This document shows, piece by piece, positions 51,345 through 62,729 of a stretch of 64,000 nucleotides of DNA. Each line of letters starts with the position of its first letter. Position 1 is the first letter of the stretch. This stretch comes from Octopus sinensis. Taxonomy: Eukaryota. The translations under genes were made by a program, and so were the position numbers. The notes beneath the pieces are model-generated. The model saw nothing but the letters and a program-made list of their open reading frames with translations. It searched no databases and was not told where the DNA came from. The DNA is taken from the NCBI RefSeq assembly GCF_006345805.1, contig NC_042999.1:12958001-13022000 (forward strand), in the 5' to 3' direction.

Positions 51345-54300
51345 CATTCTCAGCCCAAACTCTCTCAGTTTTTGTCTGCTGTTGCCTACTCCTACAAGGA
51401 TTGCAGCTGTTTTTGTTCCTGCTTTAACTCAGATTTGTCCTGGAGCCCATAGAAGATTGTTTTTGGCAACCATCTATCATGTCAGCTACCTACATATCGA
51501 AACTGAGATCTGCAAGAAGGGCTCGCTCTGCTGACCTTTTTTTGGAGAATTCAGTTGGTGAGGCGATCGGTGATATCAGGCTTTCACATGGGGGCCCTGA
51601 ACTCAGGACTTCTCATCAGGATGATGGTCCTACAACAGTCATCTCAACGAGCAGTTGCTGTTGCTCAAACAAGAGGTAGAGCACCTAAAGTCTGTTGTTG
51701 CTCATTTACTGAATAAACAGTCTCCTATTGACGCAGAACCACCCTTGATTTCTTCCCTGAAGACGTCCAAACCGAAGGGAACAAAATCGAAGCGGCCAAG
51801 GAAGGCAAAGGAACCGGCGGTCGTTTCCGCACATGATCGTTCCTGTGCGGATTCTTCCTCATCTGCCTTTTCGGTCCCAGAGGTTCCCCAATCTAATTTG
51901 AAGAGCATAGACTCAAACCCGCCTGAAGACCGTTGTTCTCCCAAAAAGAAGAAACGTAGTCAAAACTCCAGTGGGGCAGATTTAGCTACGAAACCTGATC
52001 ACGATAAAATCTGTTTGGATTCTCCCTCATTTGTCCTTCCCATTAATGCCATTGCTCAACCAATTCTGAACGATCTTGATGTGAGTTCATCTGGGGAGTG
52101 GTGCTCCTCCAAACCGAAGAAGAGGCAGTGCAATTCCAAACCAGGCGGGAAAGTTATGACCACTAAACCCATTCCGATCGACCCCAAAGGCTGACATAAG
52201 CCTGATGGCTATGAAACCACCCTTTCGAAATCATCCAACGAAGAATCGAATGCTGCAGCTCATAGTAGAGAACAGAAAGACCTTTTTGCCCACTCAAGAT
52301 CAGCAATCATTTATGGTAAGGCTGAATCCACCTGTGATACAGGCATAAACCACCTAAAAGAAGACATAAATTTTGTTTCCGTTTTAGTTGGAGAATTGTT
52401 CTCTGTCAACGAAAATGTCAGTATCTATAAGGTCGCTCAGCTAGGAAGATTCCAAGCGAACTCAACCTCAGACACTAGACCATGCCCAATAAGAGTAATC
52501 TTTTCTTCCGATCAAGAGGATTCAACCTTTCTGAACAGAGCTCAGATGCATGCCTGGGAGGACCCCAATATGGGTTTTCGCGAGGAATACACACTGAGAG
52601 AGAGAATTCGCCGGAGAAACCTAATATCCGAACTGAAGATGAGAAAACAGATGGGAGAGAAGGGTTTACGCATCCAAGATGGACAAATAATCAAGTCCTA
52701 CCTCTGGTCGCATGCTGTAGTGCTGACAGGGAAAGTGAATTGAGGGCGAATCAAAGTAAAGTAGATACCCCCGTCAACGATGCTATCTCTGATACCCCTT
52801 ATTCTGCTAGTTCCCCAATTGCCGCCCCTCAAACTTCACATCTCAGCATCGTCTATACCAACTCGTGCTCCTTATTTCCAAAGTTCAGCGAACTATTTAC
52901 ACTGGCCATGCATGATTCCCCTGATGTGATAGCTATCACCGAGACTTGGCTGACTCCAGCAGTAAGGACTCAGAAATCCACCTACAGGGCTACGCCCTCT
53001 TCAGATGTGACAGAGAAAAAAGGCGAGGTGGAGGTGTTGCTGTGTATGTTAAATCTGAGCACAAACCGTCCAGCGGTATTCTACCCACTAATGCTCAAAC
53101 TACAACAAAATTCGATGCCGTCTATTGCAAGCTGAGCCTATTCGGGTTTTGCCTGCCCGTGTTAGCTGTCTACAGGCCACCTCTTGCCGACCCCCAGGAC
53201 GATGCTCATTTACTCGAAGCGATAAGATTTGTTTCAGCTTCTCATGACTGTTTGATATTAGGAGACTTCAACGCTCCCACGATCGATTGGCCCGCATCAA
53301 TTTGTACACCATCTTCCCGGTTCAGCCAGGCCCTTCTTGACGTGGCTGAAGATTGTTTTCTATTGCAACATGTTGAATATCCGATAAGGCATCGGTCTGG
53401 GCAGCAGCCATCTATGCTGGATCTGGTATTCTCCCACTATCCAAGATCAGTGTCAGACGTATCGGTGTGTGCCCCTCTTGCCAAGAGTGATCATGCGGTC
53501 CTGAAGTTCGTCATGCACACAACTTTTTCTACGCCCACGACTACTTCGCTGCCATGTAGAGTCTTCTCTGCAATTAATCTTGAAATTCTAACCGAGGCTT
53601 CCGCGCTTCTGGACTGGCGATCCCTGATGACGTTGTCCTCAGTTGACGAACTATGGTCGTCCCTCAAAGCATATGTAATCTGGTTGACTGACCAGGCAGT
53701 TCCCGTTGGGCTTCCCAAGAAGAAGGTTAAACGAGAACTTCGACTCAGAGATATTGCTTGGGCTGAATTCAAAAATCTGGATTCAACTGCAGCTTTTGAG
53801 GTGTACAAAACTCAACGAGACTGAGCCGTGAAAATTGAAAAGGAAGAACGCTTCAGATATGAATACAAAATCGCGGCAAATGCCAGTAGCAATCCAAAAA
53901 CCTTCTTTGCCCATGTCCAACGGAATTCCCACTTGAACAACCAAATTGCAACGTTGGTAGACTCAACAGGTGTATCGATTGAGGACCCTTATCAACAGAG
54001 TCAATAATTTCCGAGGCTTTTTCAACTATTTTCAAACAAGATGATGGTCATGAAACCCTCCATTTGATAGATCGGTACCTCCAATGCTTCGATTGGTCAT
54101 CACGCGGGACGAAGTCGAACGCATTATTCAAGGCCTCGATGTCAACAAGTGTCACGGCCCTGACGGCATACACCCACGAGTTATCAAAGCGTTGGCTCTG
54201 GTCATATGCGAGCCCTTAACACATCTATTCAATATGTCATTGACGACGGGTGTTATACCTGTGGACTTGAGAACAGCGATAATCTGCCCAATTTTCAAGA

Positions 54301-54685
54301 AAGGGAGCCACGAAGACCCGCTTAACTACCGACCAGTTTCCCTTACATCAATAATCAGTAAGATGTTCAAAACCATCCTTGGTGACGCGTATCCTGGATG
54401 ATGGTGATGCTGTTGACATCATTTTATTGGACTTTGCCAAAGCTTTTGACTCGGTAAACCACCACCTATTACTTGTCATCCAGATATTGTACGATGGGTT
54501 GGTGCCTTCCTCTCAGATCGCTCCTTCCAAGTCCAAGTTAATGGTTCGCTGTCCGATGTCTCCAGTGCGAGCAGTGGCGTGCCTCAAGGTTCAGTGCTTG
54601 GGCCCTTATTGTTTTTAGTCTTCATAAATGACTTGCCCGACGACCTCACGCAACACACCCTTCTATTTGCCGATGATGTCAAGTA
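51345..54685 (+). mobile_element. CR1-clade LINE with 5'UTR, ORF1 and ORF2 (APE + RT), truncated at the 3' side
   Basis: ORF1 ~51479-52743 (coiled coil; IIYG..E; LG...RPCPIRVIF; FREEYTLRERIRRR). ORF2 contains VYTNSCSL, IAITETWL, RRGGGVAVYV, LILGDFNAP, SDH, GPDGIHP, NYRPVSLTS, LDFAKAFDSVNH, GVPQGSVLGPLLF and FADDVK, then breaks abruptly into a SINE fragment. Several frameshifts. Confidence 0.92.
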
Positions 54686-56629
54686 TCACTTAAACACTGG
54701 GGTCAATGTAATCAACTTACCCCTCCCCAGAAATTGCTGGCTTTGTGCAAAAATTAATATAAGAATTTCTAATGTAGATCAACATTTTCCCAGGTTGTTT
54801 TGGTCCCATTAGCAGTCCCACAGTTAAATGTACCTAAAACCAAAGATCACCATAGTGTTAGGAAGAATGTCTGGTCACAGTAAACTCTGCCCCAACAATC
54901 TTACCTGGTCCATGCAAGCATGAAAATGTAAATGTTAAAACAATGATGTTAATAGAACTACTGTCACAAAACTGTATGTTATGCTGACGAGAGTATAAAA
55001 GACAAAAGCTAAACACAAAATGACTTAGTATGCTTGCAAGACCAATCAAAGTGATAATAGAACAAGTCAATATTTATTGTACAGTAAAACTAGCATTGTA
55101 GTGTACTTCCAAGAAAGATATTTCTTAAACATAGGTACCAATTCCATTGCCTTAGTTCAAGACCAGTCATGTACAAAACATCTCAGCTACCAATAACATA
55201 TGCAAATTATTCAATTGAAAGAGAAAATCTAAATCTAAAAATACTTTAACCGTTTTGATGTCAACTTTCCTGAGACCACCTCTGCTTTCAATATTAAAAA
55301 AGCATTTTTAAGGATTCAAATCAAAAACTCCTTATCCATACTCCACTGTCATAATTTTATATAAAAACCTTTTGTTTAGTTATATTTCTAGCAACAACAC
55401 AATATCGTCATTTAATATCCTTGTTCCATGCTGGCATGGGTTAGACAGTCTGACATGTCCAAGGACAGACAGCATCATGCTCCAACATCTACTTTGGCCT
55501 GGTTTCAATGGCTGGCTGCTTTTCCATACGCCAATCACTTTATAAGTGTGTAATGGGTACTCTTTTTTATTTTGTGCTACCAGCACTAAGGACACTGATG
55601 ATAACAATAAAAGTAAAAGTTATAATTTCACTAAATACCTCCAAATTCTTTATGTTCAAAACTAATTAAAACAGAGAAGAGTAATTTGTTAGCAGTATGG
55701 TCATACAACAAAAAATTTAAATTTAAAACTACAATTATTACACAACATATTTATCAATAAGATTGAGATAGTTTTATCTGTATTGTAGACAGTGACAATA
55801 TGAGACAGGTGTTTTATCTGTGCTTTTATCAATAAAAAGTTTATTGAAAAATAATAGCGAAGTAACCGCTATACTTTCAGACAACCACTTCTCCTACAAA
55901 TTAAATATACATAAAACTAACCAGATGGCTAATCACATACAGCTAGCTGGTATTCAATTGGCGTATCAAGTTTCGAGCATTTTGATTGGGTTTTGGATAG
56001 AAAATTCACAAAAAAGTCACTTCTATTGACTTTTTAATGGCTTTGTTGATGACTGGGGAAATGTAAGGATGTGCACGACCACCCTTGGACGGTTTTGAAT
56101 GACCATAGAAAGTGCGAGCCCTCTAAGTGAAAAATTGTGGATTTGTATAAAGGACACACACGCAGACATTTTGCCGTTTATATATATAGAGATATAGGGC
56201 CAAATTTCCTACTGAATAAGGATCCAAGGTCAATAACTCCTGTAGGTAAAAAAACTGGAACCTCTAACAACCTTTCCAAACTTAGACAATGAAACAATTT
56301 CTTAAACAAAGTACCTTTTGCAAAATAATTACACACACACATATAGGCATACATACATATGTATATAGATAAAGACATACATGTAAACACATACTGTATA
56401 CATACAGAAATGCATATATACATATACACCTGCATACACATGTGCATTATATACACATCATCATTTAATGCCTCATCTTTATGCTGGCATGGGTTAGGCA
56501 AAGAGTAAGTGAAAGAAGTTGGACAGAAATTTAAATAAAATTTTTACAAATAGGTTCCTGTTTACTTGGAAACATGACTGACATTGAAGCAATGATGTTG
56601 TCTAACATGTTGAGTAAACTGAAGCAAAT

Positions 56630-56845
56630 AATAATCCTTTCTACTAAAGGCACAATGCCTGAAATTTGTGGAGAGAGGGTAAGTTGATCACATCAACCCC
56701 AGTACTTGACTTCATTGACCCAAAGAAGATGAAAGGCAAAGCCAACCTCGGTGGAACTTGAACCCAGAACATGAAGACAGACGAAATACCACCAAGCATT
56801 TTGCCCAGCATGCTAACAAATCTGCCAGCTCACTGCCTTAATAAT
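56630..56845 (-). mobile_element. AT-rich SINE (family 3)
   Basis: AAGGCAGTGAGCTGGCAGA...GGTTCAAGTTCCACCGAGG...AGTACTGGGGTTGATG...GAAAGGATTATTA. Partial copies at about 2660-2740, 7450-7590, 24810-25200, 33850-34070 and 54690-54760. Confidence 0.65.
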
Positions 56846-59699
56846 AATAATAATAATAATGATAATAATAATAATAATAATAATAATATACTCAGCTCAA
56901 AGATGCAATACAGAAAAGAATGTATCGACCTCTCATTAATCTGGCAAAAGAATTTTTTTTTTTTTGTAAATACTAATAGTTCTCTCAGATCATTCTAAGG
57001 AAAAAAATTTCTTGATTCCCAAATAACAAAAAATGTGAAGAAAAACAACTGTATCTCTGCACAGCCTTCAAAATCTCTTCTGTTGCCATATTCGTATTCA
57101 AATACACAGCCTGTTTCAATTAATTTTAAAAAATAATGAAGAATTTAGTAAAATAACTGCCATTATTAAGCTAGGGTTTGAAACATAAATTAACATGGAT
57201 ACTTAATGGAAGGCTTTTTTTTAAATCCCTTTAAACTAGGAAGATTGTGTCATAGAATCAAGGGAGGTCTCAGGTTGGTATCAAAAGGGTTACCTCTTCA
57301 AAAAATAACATTGATAAGCAGTTACAAAAGACAGCAATTTTACCAATCCACTTTTTAACATCTACATTTCCATGTTGTATGGGTCAGATGAATTGGCTGG
57401 TGTTTGTTGGGGTCTAATGTCACTCAAATACTCCAATACCAACCAGAATGCAAGAGGACTAAATGACTTTTCAGATGATGTAAAACTTGCCACCATTATA
57501 TACTATGAGGATATTTTAACTATTATTTTGTTTTTTATGTGTGCATGGTAGTCTCATTTTCATAAAAGGTACTCAGCAGTCCATGCTATGTAAGTGCAAA
57601 TCCCAGCACTTTATGGGTTAAAACTACTCTGCACAATGTCAATACAAGGAGTCACACACACTTGACATGCTGCTTTCTGTTTCCATCTACCAAATCCACA
57701 AATAAGGCTTTGGTGAACCCAGGGCTATGGTAGAAGACACTTGCCCAAGGTGCTACACAGTGGGACTGAACTCAAAACAACATGGTTAGGAAGCAGTTTT
57801 CTCAACTACACAGTTATACCTGTCCTTAACTTAAAATTCTGCCATTAGTCTAATGAAAATTTTGTTGAAAACCTTTAAATGCTTAAGATAGAGTCACAAA
57901 TAAAATAACACAACAAAATATATACAGACACACATATATACACAAGTATTTCAAAAACTGTAATTAACATGGGTAAAATAAATTGTTTCAATTTTTTCAA
58001 GAAGACAACTTCCTTTAAAATGTTCTTACATTTCTAGCAGATGTTTGCTTGGTTCATTAATTATTCAAATTTGTATTTCATCTTTATTATCAAATTGCCA
58101 TTCAAATCTATTATAAATTCTTTTGTACATACTTAGCAGTGTAAATGTGTTTTTTCAAAATTTTTACTATTTTAATAATAATAAAACCAGGTTTCATTTA
58201 TGTCTTAGTAAATAAGAAACCAAGAATAAACAACATAATTGAAATGTGAGTAGATCACACAAGTTTGGTGTCTTCTTGCTGATCACACATGTAAAAATCT
58301 TTAGCCAACATCTGAAGGGCTTTTAGAAATGGAAAAGTAAAGTAAAAAGTAACCTAAAGTAATCGCCCTTTAAATTGTAGATCACACGCCAAAGTAGCAC
58401 AGAATATTCTTCTTACTCCTCCTACCACTGTTTTGGAACAAACATTCAAAGAGTTAGAATAGCTTTTAACCATAAAATTTTAGCCAGGGGAAGAGATGGG
58501 AAGTTTTTACATTATTTCTTGATAGATTTCACCATTAACCTTATTGCATTACTGGTATTGTATACAAAAAAAATGGAATGTTAAGCCAATTGTATTGAAA
58601 GAGTTATAGTTCTAAGTACAACATTCTTCTACACCATGTGTTCTACACACATTGAATAAAATAACTAAAAATCAAGTATATTCAGGTATCATTGAGCAAA
58701 GTCTTATTTTCAGCACTAAATCACAGTTCCAATATAAACATTGCAAGTAATGCCAGAACGTATTAAAAGTAACGATGAAATGTAGTCCGTGTGTGTCGCG
58801 TGGTGTATGCATGCATGATTGTATACCGGGAGTCATTATACAAACAATAAACACACGCACTGGTTCTTTTTATCATTATTAATACACGAGTGCACATTAA
58901 GAACATTGCAAACCAAACACTAAAACGATATTTCAATCACACACACACACACACAACGCTGATGGATATTAATTAGTTATGTGACTAGAGCAGCTTGAAA
59001 GGTGTGTCACCTCAAGTACGAAGAGTACAGGTGACAAAACAGCGAGCAAGCCTCATATTTTAGACCTACATACACCATGTCTGAATAAGATATAGGATGA
59101 TTGGAAATACAGAAAAAAACCTTACTTAGATTATAATGTTAGCTTTCAGGACTCACTGGAACTAAATAACTTGGCAAGTGTTATCTTATTTTTAAAGATA
59201 TGAACATTGTTCTTTTACAAGAAGTTTTAACATAGATACCAGAAAATTACTTTCGGTTAAGTTGCAAATATTTTTATTACGATTTATATGACGACGGTGA
59301 GTTGAGGGAATTCGTAAATTCCCTCACAGTTAAAACCCTTCCCTCCGTAGATACGATAACCAACGTCGTCACTAGAATCCTCTACAACCTTCAACTAGCA
59401 ATAACAATAATACAATGGGAATCATGCCACTCGACAAAGAATCTGTACAGTGGTTCCATTAACACGTAATTATGATATAAACAGCTTTTAATTAGAACAG
59501 ATGTACTGACGATGATAACTGCAGTCTGTTGAATAATGACAACGAGAACAGTGGAACTGATGGTTGTTATAAAGAACAGTTGATCGCAGATTAATGCGTG
59601 TATGGGTTATTTTTTAATATTTGTTTATGTTTCCTATCTCTATTGTTACATGTAGTCTAGCAGTTTCTGTTTGCAATTGCATTGTGGCATATATATATA

Positions 59700-59784
59700 T
59701 ATATAATATTAATTAGAGACAAAACCACTATTTTGCAAATCAAACAAGGAAAATAGTGGTTTTGTCTCTAATTAATATTATATA
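59700..59784. repeat. Perfect 35-bp hairpin with a 15-nt loop
   Basis: TATATAATATTAATTAGAGACAAAACCACTATTTT-gcaaatcaaacaagg-AAAATAGTGGTTTTGTCTCTAATTAATATTATATA, between (TA)n tracts. Confidence 0.9.
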
Positions 59785-59858
59785 ATATTTTACTATAAAA
59801 TTGGATTCAATCCTAAATCTGATTTTTCCCTGTAAATTTGGATTTATTCCCTAATATT

Positions 59859-59912
<54 letters not shown>

Positions 59913-60203
59913 TGTGCTTCTTCGGATTTATGTTTTCTACAAACGATATATATATATTCACACATAATCAGTCGCCGATGCTATTCTACAAGTGTGTGTG
60001 TATACACATACATACACATATATACATAAACACGCACACCTGTATGTATGTATATATACACATACGAGACCAACATACGGACAAGATCACTTGCTTTGAC
60101 AAAGAATGACCGAGACCATTTGCGCTACCTTAATTAAATCTGAGCAGACATTCTAGAAATATGTAAACTGAGAAAACAAATATCTAAAAACACAAAAGAA
60201 AAC

Positions 60204-60441
60204 GGTACAACTTGAGAAGAGTGGTCCCGGTGCGCGTACTCGCGCATCCGGGCTAGCTAGTCATGACTAGTCGATCCTTACTTTGTGTTTTTGTATTATT
60301 TACTTTGTTTTAAAATTATTTATTTTGTGTTTTATTTACTTTGCTAGGTAGTCGTTGTAGGATTGACTAGTCACGACTAGCTAGTACGGATGCGCGACTA
60401 CGCGAGTGCGCGCACCGGGACCACTGTTCTCAAATAGTACC
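60204..60441. mobile_element. 238-bp MITE with an 8-bp TSD; GG-initiated TIRs suggest the Merlin superfamily
   Basis: TSD AAGAAAAC at 60196-60203 and 60442-60449. Imperfect GC-rich TIRs of ~75 bp: GGTACAACTTGAGAAGAGTGGTCCCGGTGCGCG... / ...CGCGCACCGGGACCACTGTTCTCAAATAGTACC. Confidence 0.8.
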
Positions 60442-61315
60442 AAGAAAACTTTTAGAAGTGGTAAAATAAAACATTAAAAAAAGATTAAAATACAAGATCT
60501 GTGTGGGAAATTTTGTCTGTATTGTGGTAAAACAAAAAAAAATTAAGGAGAGAGATATATAGAGAATGGGGTAAGAGAATATGTTCGGTTAAAATGTACT
60601 CTAAAACTGCGAATAATAGAATACATAAATAACTATTAACTCCACAGTCAAGCACAACAACAGCCATCAGCTGGTGAGTGGTCTTGTTAAGCTTTGAATG
60701 TAAAGTGGTTGTTTAAAGAATCGAGAGGAGGAGCGTGTCCGACGCACGAACCTGTTATCAACGGACACATGCATACATCATAGTAATTAACGCATGGAAT
60801 TAAATAACAAGAATGTTTTTGCCAGAGGAAGTTGTATGTATCTAGGTTATATACATACACTAGAATAACAAATGAAAATAAGGAAATAAAAAGAAAAAAG
60901 GTAGACCTAAAAAAACTACAAGAATGTGTTGATTGAAATTGGAGGCATAACACCTATCATCATATAAATGTAATGAATAAACTTAATTAAACTCTGTTTA
61001 TATTGGAATGTTTGTTGTTTCTCGAAGACAGGTACGCGCTAAATTGACAAATGTTGGTTTAATTAGTAAATTAGCGCTTATGAAAGAGATTTTCACCCAA
61101 CCAACTGTTAAGAAACCACTTCTAACCGTGGGTAGCAGCTACTTTTACTAAAACTGGGTATTAAGCAGAAATAATTTACATGGGAGTGGCCGGGAAATGC
61201 TTTCTTCTGTGAATATCAACGGAAGAGTTGGTAATAATTAAAGAGTGAAGTTGGACAGGAAAAGCGAAAAAGAAATAACCTGAGAGAAAAAAAATGTTTT
61301 TAATATACCGAAGAG

Positions 61316-61357
<42 letters not shown>

Positions 61358-61778
61358 TACTGTGTGCGCAAGAGAGAGAGAGAGACATCGACATGAAGAG
61401 GTTGTTGCCCCTCAACACGTCCCAAATATTTTAATCGATGGAAATATCCACCACAGTTTCTCATTCTTTTTTTTTTTTTTTTGTACTGCTCTCAACAATA
61501 TCTTAAACATTTTTGGCCAACATTTATTAATAATAATTGTTATTGATTGTAAAGAAAGCATTATTATTATTATAAGTATTGGAATCGATGACATCTACCT
61601 TTGCCTTAAAAATGCAGGCCTTGTATTTTAACTCGAAACCATTATTAACCATCATTGTTCTAGGTATCTGTATATACACCTAATGCATGTATGTATAAAT
61701 GTGGCGATGCTGATGTTGTTATCACAATGATAACAACATCAGGTTTTATATGCAATATAAAAGAAGGGAAGCACTTAC

Positions 61779-61872
61779 CCGAGAGCGTATCAGGTTCTAA
61801 ACCAGAGTCCACGTCTAATCCACAGATGACAAAATAATCGGCAAACCTGTAAGAAGGTCCCTGTCCTGTCAT
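61779..61872 (-). CDS. DENND5: DENN domain-containing protein 5 (Rab6IP1) orthologue, first coding exon (N-terminus of the uDENN region)
   Basis: Translates [31 protein letters not shown]+G, matching the remembered vertebrate DENND5A N-terminus [24 protein letters not shown]. It ends at a canonical donor G|GTAAGT (GT at 61778-61777), phase 1. The ATG at 61872 is inferred; the ORF track's upstream TTG start is not supported. Confidence 0.93.
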
Positions 61873-62720
61873 GATCCTGTCCAAGCCTATCTTTTTCAAA
61901 CTGAATGGAACAGCAGCCGCTTGCCTTTAAATAAAGCAAGCAATACTTGTGGAAGCTGAACCTTAAAATTCCTTCCGTCTGTCTTCAAGTCGGACTAAAC
62001 GACATCAGTGTGGCACATATGTTGCTTCGAACCATTCGTGGATGTTGTTTGTTTGAGCGGATCGAGTCAGTGGTTGCCTACACACACACACAGCAGCAAG
62101 GACTGTGTTTACACACAAGCACAGAAAACAAGAATCACATATATATACGTACACACACACATATATTGTACATACACATATGTTCCAGTCTACGTCGATG
62201 CTTTTGCGTATTTATGCAGAAATATGATTATAATGGAAAAAGAAGCTTTTGTGGTTGACGTCACCTTGTTTTCTGAGAACGAGAGAAGCCAATATTAAGC
62301 AAAGCCCATTAAATGTTCGCTGTTACTGCTTGACGCTTTCTTTCTTATTCTTATCCTCGGTCTCCTATTAGGGTTGCCAGCAGAAGATGACTGTAAATAT
62401 GCCGACAGTTCTTGGATAAAGTTCACCTTATTTCATACGACAGATTGAGGAAGTCGAGGCGGACGAACGGTTCGGCGATGCCATTGTTATCTTTTTTATT
62501 GATTGTATATATTTGTTGTTTCTTTGTTTCTCAGCCGTCGAAAGTCTTCCAAGACTCGTCAAAATGAATAAAACTAAAGGAGAGATAATAATACTATAAT
62601 AAAAGCTCGAGTTTCAGGCCAACAGCTCGTCCTTTCTCTGTCCTCTCCAGTCCATCCGACTGGCTTTCATTGCCACCATAGTGTCAGCTCCTTGCCAACA
62701 GATGGCGCTGTCAAACATTT
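61873..62720 (-). promoter_or_regulatory. Putative DENND5 5'UTR/promoter region
   Basis: Non-repetitive and visibly CpG-retaining sequence directly upstream of the start codon. It contains a perfect CRE/ATF palindrome TGACGTCA at 62256-62263. The TSS cannot be located from sequence. Confidence 0.5.
62692..62710 (+). promoter_or_regulatory. CTCF-like motif
   Basis: TTGCCAACAGATGGCGCTG; one mismatch to the core consensus CCASYAGRKGGCRS. Confidence 0.4.
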
Positions 62721-62729
62721 AACCAGATC

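Larger units (their letters stand above)
5676..61778 (-). other. DENND5: DENND5 intron, 56,103 bp, GT-AG, phase 1
   Basis: Bounded by the donor and acceptor above, with an in-frame exon junction. Additional small cassette exons inside it cannot be excluded. Confidence 0.8.

Noticed and set aside
60669-60680. Perfect plus-strand donor CAGCTG|GTGAGT, and similar antisense splice-like sites at ~13620-13660
   Set aside because: Isolated splice motifs with no linked ORF or partner site are common by chance.
5676-61778. Apparent excess of retroelements in the DENND5 sense orientation
   Set aside because: Roughly 2:1 by informal count on few, non-independent insertions; not significant.
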